This document shows positions 1-6,876 of a stretch of 10,431 bases of DNA, one piece after another. The notes below the pieces were generated by a model that saw only the letters and a list, made by a program, of their open reading frames with translations, did no database searches and was not told where the DNA came from. The first letter of the stretch is position 1; each line of letters starts with the position of its first letter. The DNA comes from Caedimonas varicaedens (GTDB lineage: Bacteria; Pseudomonadota; Alphaproteobacteria; Caedimonadales; Caedimonadaceae): contig BBVC01000103.1 of the NCBI GenBank assembly GCA_001192655.1, positions 1-10,431 on the forward strand, read 5' to 3'. Both the position numbers and the translations under genes were made by a program.

Positions 1-17
1 TATGTTGTTAGCTATAT
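1..17. repeat. Left copy of a perfect 17-bp inverted repeat located exactly at the window termini (TATGTTGTTAGCTATAT)
   Basis: By direct comparison, bases 1-17 are the exact reverse complement of bases 10415-10431. The match ends at base 18 versus 10414. Confidence 0.9.
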
Positions 18-1669
18 GCGTTCCGCTGCTTTATAAAAAGTCGGTAGATTCTTTGGACTTAGAACTTAAAAGTAGTGGGCTTTTATTTCTTCCCCTGGCT
101 CTCATCCTTGCTTATGGAGCAGCCCGTATTGGCGCTCAACTTTTTGGGGAAATAAAGGATGCCCTGTTTGCAAAAGTCGAGCAACGCGCCATACGCAAAG
201 TGGCACTGAGCGCTTTTCGCCACCTCCATCGTTTGGGATTGCGTTTCCACCTTGACCGTAAAACAGGCGCACTGAGCCATATCATAGAGCGCGGAACCAA
301 TGGCATTGAGACGTTGCTTCGCTTCATGATCATTAATATTCTGCCAACTCTGCTTGAGATTGTCCTGGTTTCTCTTGTTTTGTGGGTGATGTACGACAGT
401 CGTCTTGCTATCATTACAGTCATCACCCTGTTGGCGTATATTTCCTTTACCCTTCTTATGACGGAATGGCGAACTAATTTTGTGCGCCAGATGAACGTCA
501 ATAGCAGTCAAGCCAATACAAAAGCGCTTGATAGCCTGCTGAATTATGAAACTGTTAAATACTTTGGTAATGAAGAACATGAAGAACGTCGTTACGATCA
601 ATCTTTGGAACAGTATGAAACAGCAGCCGTGAAAACAAAAATGAGTCTTTCCTATTTGAACATTGGACAAGGAATTATCGTTTCTCTGGGACTCATTGGC
701 GTGATGATGATTGCGGCGCTTGGCGTTATGAATAAAACTCTTACCCTGGGTGACTTTGTCCTGGTGAATACCTACCTTATTCAACTTTATCTGCCGCTGA
801 ACGTTTTGGGATTTGCCTATCGTGAAATTAAAATGGCACTGGTCAATATGGAGCAAATGTTTAGCTTGCTTTACGAGCCCCAGGAAATCCAAGATAAGCC
901 TCAGGCTTCCCAACTTCAAGTGACTCGGGGGGAAGTTATTTTCGATCATGTCATGTTTGGTTATGATGCAAATCGGAAAATTCTGGACAATGTGAGTTTT
1001 ACAATTACAGCAGGTCATACTGTTGCTGTTGTGGGTCCCAGTGGAGCTGGAAAATCGACTTTATCCCGTCTTCTTTTTCGTTTTTATGATGTGAGGGAAG
1101 GGCGTATCGTGATTGATGGTCAGGATATCCGTGATGTAACCCAGCAAAGTTTGCGGGCTGCTATTGGAATGGTGCCTCAGGATACCGTCCTTTTTAACGA
1201 TACCATCTATTACAATATTGCGTATGGGCATCCTGCGGCCATAGAGAAAGAAGTGATTCAGGCTGCAAAGCTTGCGCGTATTCATGATTTTGTTATGAGT
1301 CTACCCGAAGGTTACAAAACAATGGTGGGAGAACGGGGATTAAAATTATCAGGGGGAGAAAAACAGCGCGTGGCGATTGCACGAACCCTTCTGAAAAATC
1401 CAAAATTATTTATTTTTGATGAAGCGACATCGGCTTTGGATACGACAACAGAAAAAGCCATTCAAAAAAGCCTGCGAGAAGTTTCGGAAAACCGCTCAAC
1501 ATTGATGATTGCCCATCGATTGTCAACGATCATAGAAGCCGATGAAATTCTGGTTTTAGATCAGGGAAAAATCAGGGAACGAGGGACGCATCAGCAGCTG
1601 CTGCTCCTTAAAGGAGTCTATGCCCAGATGTGGCATCAACAATTGGAAGAGAAAAATTCTCATACTTGA
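2..1669 (+). CDS. ABC transporter, fused permease/ATP-binding protein, Atm1/ABCB6/ABCB7/HMT1-type exporter (5' partial, runs off the window edge)
   Basis: The ORF is open from base 2 to TGA at 1667-1669. The transmembrane domain carries strings typical of the Atm1 subfamily: FRHLHRLGLRFHLDRKTGAL, TEWRTNFVRQMN, DSLLNYETVKYFGNEE, GDFVLVNTYLIQLYLPLNVLGFAYREIK. The NBD has Walker A GPSGAGKST (1034-1060), ABC signature LSGGEKQR (from 1346), Walker B LFIFDEATSALD and H-loop IAHRLST. Full-length homologues are about 600 aa, so roughly 40-60 N-terminal codons are probably missing (inference). Confidence 0.93.
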   Translation: MLLAICVPLLYKKSVDSLDLELKSSGLLFLPLALILAYGAARIGAQLFGEIKDALFAKVEQRAIRKVALSAFRHLHRLGLRFHLDRKTGALSHIIERGTNGIETLLRFMIINILPTLLEIVLVSLVLWVMYDSRLAIITVITLLAYISFTLLMTEWRTNFVRQMNVNSSQANTKALDSLLNYETVKYFGNEEHEERRYDQSLEQYETAAVKTKMSLSYLNIGQGIIVSLGLIGVMMIAALGVMNKTLTLGDFVLVNTYLIQLYLPLNVLGFAYREIKMALVNMEQMFSLLYEPQEIQDKPQASQLQVTRGEVIFDHVMFGYDANRKILDNVSFTITAGHTVAVVGPSGAGKSTLSRLLFRFYDVREGRIVIDGQDIRDVTQQSLRAAIGMVPQDTVLFNDTIYYNIAYGHPAAIEKEVIQAAKLARIHDFVMSLPEGYKTMVGERGLKLSGGEKQRVAIARTLLKNPKLFIFDEATSALDTTTEKAIQKSLREVSENRSTLMIAHRLSTIIEADEILVLDQGKIRERGTHQQLLLLKGVYAQMWHQQLEEKNSHT

Positions 1670-1712
1670 ATTGCATCATAACGATTATATTTCTGAAAAT
1701 AACCATATTACA

Positions 1713-2138
1713 ATGTCAATGATCATACGTGAAGCACAAGAAGAAGATATCCAAGAACTTGAAAAGCTTTTTCAAATAACGCGTCAGCAAACATTTAAAC
1801 ATAGGGACTTAAGCGAGTTTAAGATCGGAGATTATGTGCAATCCACAAAAGAAGACGTGGTCTGGGTTGCGGTTAAAAATGGCAAAATAGCTGGATTTAT
1901 TTCAGTCTTTATACCTGATTTCATTCATAATCTCTTTGTTGATCGACTCTTTCAAAATCAGGGAATTGGGACGCAGTTATTGCAAAAAGCAGAAGAACAT
2001 CTGGCTGATCGCATAGAACTTAAAATAGCCCTGGATAATCTGGGTGCTTGCCAATTTTATCAAAAACACGGTTGGCAAGAAGTTTCTGTTCATAGAGATG
2101 AACCAGAACCTTATCTGCTTTATCGAAAACTTAAATGA
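1713..2138 (+). CDS. GNAT-family N-acetyltransferase
   Basis: The ~141-aa product starts MSMIIREAQEEDI. It has the acetyl-CoA-binding motif A (LFVDRLFQNQGIGTQLLQKAEE, Q/R-x-x-G-x-G/A pattern) and a C-terminal FYQKHGW motif typical of GNAT folds. The start is uncertain. ATG 1713 or 1719 matches the usual GNAT N-terminus. The ORF-track ATG at 1620 follows an AAGGAG only 3 nt upstream but would overlap the ABC gene by 50 nt and add an atypical 31-aa extension. Confidence 0.8.
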   Translation: MSMIIREAQEEDIQELEKLFQITRQQTFKHRDLSEFKIGDYVQSTKEDVVWVAVKNGKIAGFISVFIPDFIHNLFVDRLFQNQGIGTQLLQKAEEHLADRIELKIALDNLGACQFYQKHGWQEVSVHRDEPEPYLLYRKLK

Positions 2139-2211
2139 GATTGTTTGTTATGACAACTTTATTAAAATATGCTAAAAGAAGACCTTGGGATGAGCTTAGA
2201 TTGAGGCAATT

Positions 2212-3060
2212 ATGAACTGGCTTACCAGCTTTGTGCGACCAAAATTAAGAGCGCTTGTCGGAAAAGACGTTCCTGACAATCTGTGGGATAAATGTTCAAA
2301 GTGTGAACAAATGATTTTTCATCGGGATTTGGAGGAAAATCTTTTTGTTTGTCGTCATTGTGGACATCACATGCGATTGGCTGCAAAGAAGAGGCTCAAT
2401 CTCTTATTTGATCAGAGCGCTTATCAACGTATCTCTTTTCCTTCTGCTGTTCAGGATCCTCTGCGGTTTCGAGATTCCAGAAAGTATAGTGAACGTCTGA
2501 AAGAAGCACGCCAAAAGACACAAGAAGAAGATGCTATTATTGTCGCAAAAGGAAAAATAGGGGGCTTTCCTGTTGTTATGGTCGTTTTTGACTTTAACTT
2601 TATGGGTGGGTCTATGGGAGCTGCTGTGGGAAATGGCATCCTGGCAGGAGCAGAAACAGCCGTGCAAGAAAAGGCTGCGTTCATTGTGGTTCCTGCGTCT
2701 GGGGGAGCGCGAATGCAAGAGGGAATTATCTCACTGATGCAAATGCCCCGCACGACCCTTGCGATAATGCAGGTGAAGGAAGCGAAATTACCCTATATCA
2801 CGTTGTTGACTGATCCTACCACAGGCGGTGTATCAGCATCCTTTGCCATGCTAGGGGATATCGCCATTGCAGAGCCGGGTGCGATGATCGGTTTTGCGGG
2901 TCTTCGCGTTATTCAGCAAACCATTAAACACGAATTGCCAAAGGGCTTTCAAACGGCCGAATATTTATTGGAACATGGAATGGTGGATATGGTCGTTCCT
3001 CGAATTGAATTAAAAAATAAACTGACGACTCTTCTTTCGCTTATTATGAAAAATACTTGA
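2212..3060 (+). CDS. accD: Acetyl-CoA carboxylase carboxyltransferase subunit beta
   Basis: The 282-aa product begins MNWLTSFVRPKL. It has an N-terminal four-Cys zinc ribbon (CSKCEQ...CRHCGHH) and the carboxyltransferase core (FNFMGGSMGAAVG, PASGGARMQEG, TDPTTGGVSASFA). A GAGG lies 8 nt upstream of the ATG. Confidence 0.96.
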   Translation: MNWLTSFVRPKLRALVGKDVPDNLWDKCSKCEQMIFHRDLEENLFVCRHCGHHMRLAAKKRLNLLFDQSAYQRISFPSAVQDPLRFRDSRKYSERLKEARQKTQEEDAIIVAKGKIGGFPVVMVVFDFNFMGGSMGAAVGNGILAGAETAVQEKAAFIVVPASGGARMQEGIISLMQMPRTTLAIMQVKEAKLPYITLLTDPTTGGVSASFAMLGDIAIAEPGAMIGFAGLRVIQQTIKHELPKGFQTAEYLLEHGMVDMVVPRIELKNKLTTLLSLIMKNT

Positions 3061-3369
3061 TCGTTACAGGGATATTATAGAAAAATCTCGTGTCTAATAT
3101 CTGAATCGTTGATAAAAACGATGAAATTCAAACATGTCTTGCAAATCAACAAATTTTGGATGGTATTATACGTCTGTGTGTATTAAAGTTAACGAAAGAG
3201 CCTAATTACTAAAGAGCTTAGCTGGGTGCGCAGGGAATATTTTTTAGAAGCATCCAATCTGGTAAAATTCGTATGTAATAAATGGACGCTTGCTTCCTGA
3301 AAGGGAGCTTCTTTAACCACTTTGATTTACGTAAAAAATATTTTGTGATTGTATCAGGGGATAAGCAAA

Positions 3370-4047
3370 ATGGAAAAAGCTCATTTATCAAACCGTCAAG
3401 AAGAAGGATTGCCAAAAGCCATTCTTTTTGATTGGGATAATACCCTGGTAGATAGCTGGCGTACCACATATTATGTTTTTAATAAAATACTGGATTACTA
3501 TGGCCGACCTCTCTTAACAGAGAGACAGTTTTTTAAAAGACCTCAAATCTCTGTGAAAGATAGTTTTCCCCATACATTTGGAGATAATTGGAGAGAGGTT
3601 CAGCGTATTTATTATAAACTTTATGAAGAAGTCCATTTAAAATTCCTTTTGCCATTGCCGGGAGCACGAGATCTTTTGGCTCATTTAAAGAGAAATAATG
3701 TCTACATGGCTTTGGTTAGCAATAAAAATGGCAATTTTTTACGTAAAGAGGTTGAATTTTTAAATTGGAAAGACTATTTTGGAGCCATCGTGGGGTCAAG
3801 CGACGCGGAAAGTGACAAGCCGTCATCTTTGCCTGTGAAGCTTGCTTTGGGTTCGATCGAGGGTATATCCTCAAAAGATGTTCTTTTTGTCGGTGATAGC
3901 ATGATTGATATTCAGTGTGCACGCAATTCAGGATGTACTCCTGTTATTGTGGGTGGATTACGACCCATTGAAGACCAATCCCAGGATTTAAAAAAATTCC
4001 CGGATTGTTCTGCCTTTGGAAAGTATTTAGGTTTAGCACAGAAATGA
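3370..4047 (+). CDS. HAD-superfamily hydrolase (phosphoglycolate-phosphatase-like, subfamily IA)
   Basis: HAD motif I is ILFDWDNTLVDS (DxDxT). Motif II is ALVSNK. There is a conserved Lys (SDKP), and motif IV is FVGDSMIDIQCARNSG. ATG 3370 is preferred because AGGGG lies about 9 nt upstream. The ORF track opens at TTG 3349. Confidence 0.85.
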   Translation: MEKAHLSNRQEEGLPKAILFDWDNTLVDSWRTTYYVFNKILDYYGRPLLTERQFFKRPQISVKDSFPHTFGDNWREVQRIYYKLYEEVHLKFLLPLPGARDLLAHLKRNNVYMALVSNKNGNFLRKEVEFLNWKDYFGAIVGSSDAESDKPSSLPVKLALGSIEGISSKDVLFVGDSMIDIQCARNSGCTPVIVGGLRPIEDQSQDLKKFPDCSAFGKYLGLAQK

Positions 4048-4139
4048 GATGAAGAAGATATTTGAACTGAAAATTTACTTTTGCTATCTAATTTAAAAAT
4101 AAGGCAACCTCCACGACAACATAAAAAATGGAGTCATAA

Positions 4140-4382
4140 ATGTCAGAGAAAACCAATAATTTGCAAGATGTATTTTTAAATCATCTTCGCAAAAATAAAA
4201 ACCCTGTTACACTTTTTTTGGTTAATGGAGTTAAGCTTCAGGGTATTGTCACCTGGTTTGATAATTTTTCGGTATTGTTACGTCGAGATGCTCATTCTCA
4301 ACTGGTTTATAAACACGCTATTTCAACTGTTATGCCCATTAATCCAGTTCAACTTTTTGATGCAGAGAAAGTTGAAGATTAA
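4140..4382 (+). CDS. hfq: RNA chaperone Hfq
   Basis: The 80-aa product has the canonical Sm1/Sm2 motifs: [40 protein letters not shown] and [16 protein letters not shown] lies 8 nt upstream of the ATG. hflX follows immediately, which is the conserved hfq-hflX arrangement. Confidence 0.97.
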   Translation: MSEKTNNLQDVFLNHLRKNKNPVTLFLVNGVKLQGIVTWFDNFSVLLRRDAHSQLVYKHAISTVMPINPVQLFDAEKVED

Positions 4383-4415
4383 ACAGCTCTTTAACATGGC
4401 TTGTGGGAGCTGATT

Positions 4416-5702
4416 TTGACAAAAGAGACTGAAGATTTTTCTTCATCTTCCAAGTGCGCCATGGTGATTTATCCTGATCTTCGGGAGCGATCTCGTTCGT
4501 CCTGTAATCCTGAGGCGCGCCTTGAAGAAACCATAGGTTTGGCTCTTGCCATCAAATTAAAGATTGTCCACAGCAGTGTTTTGCATTTGCGTGAAATTCG
4601 TCCCTCAACACTTTTTGGTCAGGGTCAAGTTTCTCTTTTAAAGTCCTATGTTGCTGAAAAAGATGTTGATTTACTGATCTTGGGTTCTTCTCTCACGCCA
4701 GTACAACAGCGTAATTTAGAAAAAGCGTTGCGTTGTAAGGTTATTGATCGTACCGCATTGATTCTTGAGATTTTTGGCGCTAGAGCTAGAACAGCAGAAG
4801 GACGGCTGCAAGTTGAGTTGGCTGCCCTTATGTATCAGCGAAGCCGCCTGGTGCGCTCCTGGACACACCTTGAACGACAACGAGGCGGGCTTGGGTTTAT
4901 CGGGGGGCCAGGCGAAACCCAGTTGGAAATGGATCGTCGCCTTATCAGTCAACGCATCATAAAACTTAAAAAAGAACTTGAGGATGTCAAGCGTACTCGC
5001 TCTCTACATCGTCAGGCGCGCAAACGGGTTCCTTATGCGGTCGTTGCCTTGGTAGGCTATACAAATGCCGGAAAATCAACCCTTTTCAATCGTCTTACGC
5101 GAGCGGATGTTTTTGCTGAGGACTTGTTGTTTGCAACATTGGATCCCACGATGCGTATCGTAAAACTTCCTTCCGGAAAGGAAATTATTTTATCGGATAC
5201 AGTAGGATTTATTTCTGATCTTCCCGCCCACCTTATTGCTTCTTTCCGGGCGACACTTGAAGAAGTTTTGGAAGCTGATCTTATTGTCCATGTCCGTGAT
5301 ATTTCCCACACAGAAACTCTTAACCAAAAGCAGGAAGTTATAAAGGTTTTGGAAGAATTAGAGCTTTCTGAGGCATTGGAAAAAAATTTCATTGAAGTTC
5401 TTAATAAAATTGATCTTATCTCTGAACCTGTACAAGCTCTTTTCATATCTCCAGACAGTATCCCCCTTTCTGCTTTAACGGGGCAGGGAGTAGAAGTTCT
5501 TCTTAAACGGATAGAGGAAAAATTGGGAGAACAGCACCGCATTGCTGAGGTCATCGTGCCTCTGAGTGCAGGAGAAAAGCTTGCCTGGTTTTATCAGCAT
5601 GGTGAAGTTCTTTCCCGCAGAGACGAAAAAGATGGGATTCATTTGTCTGTCCGTTTAAGCCCCGAGAATTGGATGAGATACAGAAAAATAAAATTGCATT
5701 AA
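4416..5702 (+). CDS. hflX: GTPase HflX
   Basis: The HflX N-terminal domain is present (ARLEETIGLALAI, GQGQVSLLKSYV, LTPVQQRNLEKAL, DRTALILEIFGARARTAEGRLQVELA, GPGETQLEMDRR). The G domain has G1 GYTNAGKST (5055-5081), G3 DTVGF and G4 NKID. There is no in-frame ATG upstream of the conserved N-terminus. TTG 4416 has GGGAG (4405-4409) 6 nt upstream. TTG 4401 (ORF-track start) and ATG 4461 are alternatives. Confidence 0.93.
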   Translation: MTKETEDFSSSSKCAMVIYPDLRERSRSSCNPEARLEETIGLALAIKLKIVHSSVLHLREIRPSTLFGQGQVSLLKSYVAEKDVDLLILGSSLTPVQQRNLEKALRCKVIDRTALILEIFGARARTAEGRLQVELAALMYQRSRLVRSWTHLERQRGGLGFIGGPGETQLEMDRRLISQRIIKLKKELEDVKRTRSLHRQARKRVPYAVVALVGYTNAGKSTLFNRLTRADVFAEDLLFATLDPTMRIVKLPSGKEIILSDTVGFISDLPAHLIASFRATLEEVLEADLIVHVRDISHTETLNQKQEVIKVLEELELSEALEKNFIEVLNKIDLISEPVQALFISPDSIPLSALTGQGVEVLLKRIEEKLGEQHRIAEVIVPLSAGEKLAWFYQHGEVLSRRDEKDGIHLSVRLSPENWMRYRKIKLH

Positions 5703-5715
5703 CAGAAGTTCTTTC

Positions 5716-5754
5716 AAATATTCTGAAAGCAGGTTAAAATTCTGAATATTTTTT
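5716..5754 (+). promoter_or_regulatory. Candidate operator or weak terminator between hflX and the RND operon: 8-bp inverted repeat AAATATTC/GAATATTT plus 8-bp direct repeat ATTCTGAA
   Basis: AAATATTC (5716-5723) pairs with GAATATTT (5744-5751) across a 20-nt spacer, and runs into a T6 tract (5749-5754). ATTCTGAA occurs twice (5720-5727 and 5739-5746). The structure lies 13-50 nt upstream of the adaptor ATG at 5767. The stem is AT-rich and weak, and no function has been shown. Confidence 0.2.
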
Positions 5755-5766
5755 AGGCAGAAAGCA

Positions 5767-6876
5767 ATGATTAAAAAAAAATCTAGGGATAGCTCTTTTC
5801 GTTTAACCTATCTGATTTTAGGGCTGACTTGTCTAGGGTTGGGTGCAAGCTGGATTTTTAAAACATATTTGGGAAAAAACGCTCAATCGACAGCAGGGGG
5901 ATTTCTTGCCGGTTTTGCAATGCCTGTTGAGGTTTCAGGAGTCAAGCAGGAAACGATCTATGACGAGGTTGTGACTGTTGGTACAATGGAAGGCGATGCG
6001 TCTGTCATGGTACGTCCTGAAATTGCAGGGCGTGTTGCCGATATTGGCTTCCATGAGGGGCAGAAAGTTTCCAAGGGTGATCTGCTTGTTAAGCTTGATG
6101 ACAGCATCTATGCGGCAAGCGTTGCAGAATCTGAAGCAAATCTTTCCTTCAGCGAAGCCCAAAATCAGCGTCAGAATTCTCTCTACAGACAAAATTATAC
6201 ATCGGGCGGGAAGAAAGACGAAGCTATTTCAAAATTTAAAGTGGACGAAGCCGTTCTCAAACGAAAAAAGGCGGAGCTTGAAAAAACAAGAATTCTGGCT
6301 CCTTTTGATGGGTTTATCGGTCTGCGCAAAATAAATTTGGGGGATTATCTTCAAGCAGGTCAGGATATTGCTATGCTGGTGAACCTTGATCCCATCAAAA
6401 TTCAGTTTTCCTTGCCTGAAATTTATTTATTAAATCTGAAAGTCGGGCAAAAAATAGAGATTACATCAGATATTTTTCCGGATAAGAAGTTTATAGGAGA
6501 AATTCTTGCCATTGATCCTGTCATTAATGAAAGCGGTCGCAACATTCAGGTAAAGGGCAAGCTACCCAATCCGGGTCTTTTATTGAAACCAGGTATGTTT
6601 GTGCGTGTAAAAGTTATTTTAGAAGCGCGGGAAAATTCCCTGTTGATTCCTGAAGAAGCCCTGGTCAGTCAGGGCGATCATCATTTTGTTTATAAAGTTA
6701 TAGAGGGCAAGGCAAAATTTACCCAGGTAAATATTGGGGTGCGTCGCGAGGCCATGGTTGAAATTCGTCAGGGTCTTTCTGCACATGACAAGGTTATTAC
6801 GGCAGGACAAATTAAAATAAATGATGGAATACCGGTGAAAATTGTGCCTGAACAAAAAAGTAAAAACGTATTATGA
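5767..6876 (+). CDS. Efflux RND transporter periplasmic adaptor subunit (membrane fusion protein, AcrA/MexA/HlyD_D23-like)
   Basis: The 369-aa product has an N-terminal basic stretch plus a hydrophobic anchor (MIKKKSRDSSFRLTYLILGLTCLGLGASWIF) and no canonical lipobox. It has a lipoyl/barrel-sandwich signature (MVRPEIAGRVADIGFHEGQKVSKGDLLVKLDD ... ILAPFDGFIG), an alpha-hairpin segment, and beta-barrel/MP-domain strings (GMFVRVKV, IPEEALV). Its stop overlaps the start of the RND pump gene (ATGA at 6873-6876). Confidence 0.9.
   Translation: MIKKKSRDSSFRLTYLILGLTCLGLGASWIFKTYLGKNAQSTAGGFLAGFAMPVEVSGVKQETIYDEVVTVGTMEGDASVMVRPEIAGRVADIGFHEGQKVSKGDLLVKLDDSIYAASVAESEANLSFSEAQNQRQNSLYRQNYTSGGKKDEAISKFKVDEAVLKRKKAELEKTRILAPFDGFIGLRKINLGDYLQAGQDIAMLVNLDPIKIQFSLPEIYLLNLKVGQKIEITSDIFPDKKFIGEILAIDPVINESGRNIQVKGKLPNPGLLLKPGMFVRVKVILEARENSLLIPEEALVSQGDHHFVYKVIEGKAKFTQVNIGVRREAMVEIRQGLSAHDKVITAGQIKINDGIPVKIVPEQKSKNVL

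Noticed and set aside
83-1018. A 311-aa minus-strand ORF (plus 136-501 and 1061-1285) lies antisense to the ABC transporter gene.
   Set aside because: It overlaps a plus-strand ORF with unambiguous ABC exporter motifs. The antisense translations are low-complexity (H/N/K/Q-rich) with no recognisable domain. These are typical shadow ORFs.
2404-2753. Two roughly 100-aa minus-strand ORFs lie inside accD.
   Set aside because: They are antisense to a clearly conserved accD reading frame and show no motifs. They are shadow ORFs.
3218-3469. An 83-aa minus-strand ORF spans the accD-HAD intergenic region and the HAD gene start.
   Set aside because: It overlaps the HAD catalytic motif I region on the opposite strand, has no recognisable domain or Shine-Dalgarno sequence, and has an odd composition. 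It is most likely spurious.
4062-4090. A sigma-70-like promoter lies upstream of hfq (TTGAAC, 17 nt, TATCTA).
   Set aside because: It matches only 4/6 and 3/6 of the consensus hexamers in an AT-rich spacer. Such matches arise easily by chance, and alphaproteobacterial promoters are poorly predicted by eye. It is not reported as a feature.
4225-4413. A 62-aa plus-strand ORF lies in an alternate frame over hfq.
   Set aside because: It lies almost entirely inside the highly conserved hfq frame. There is no independent support for it.
4716-5554. Alternate-frame and antisense ORFs lie inside hflX (4716-4952 minus, 4765-4962 plus, 5057-5554 minus).
   Set aside because: All are embedded in the well-supported hflX frame. 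The translations are Ser/Arg-rich shadows without motifs.
5935-6855. Alternate-frame and antisense ORFs lie inside the adaptor gene (5935-6192 minus, 5978-6334 plus, 6619-6855 minus).
   Set aside because: They are embedded in the adaptor coding frame and show no domain signatures.
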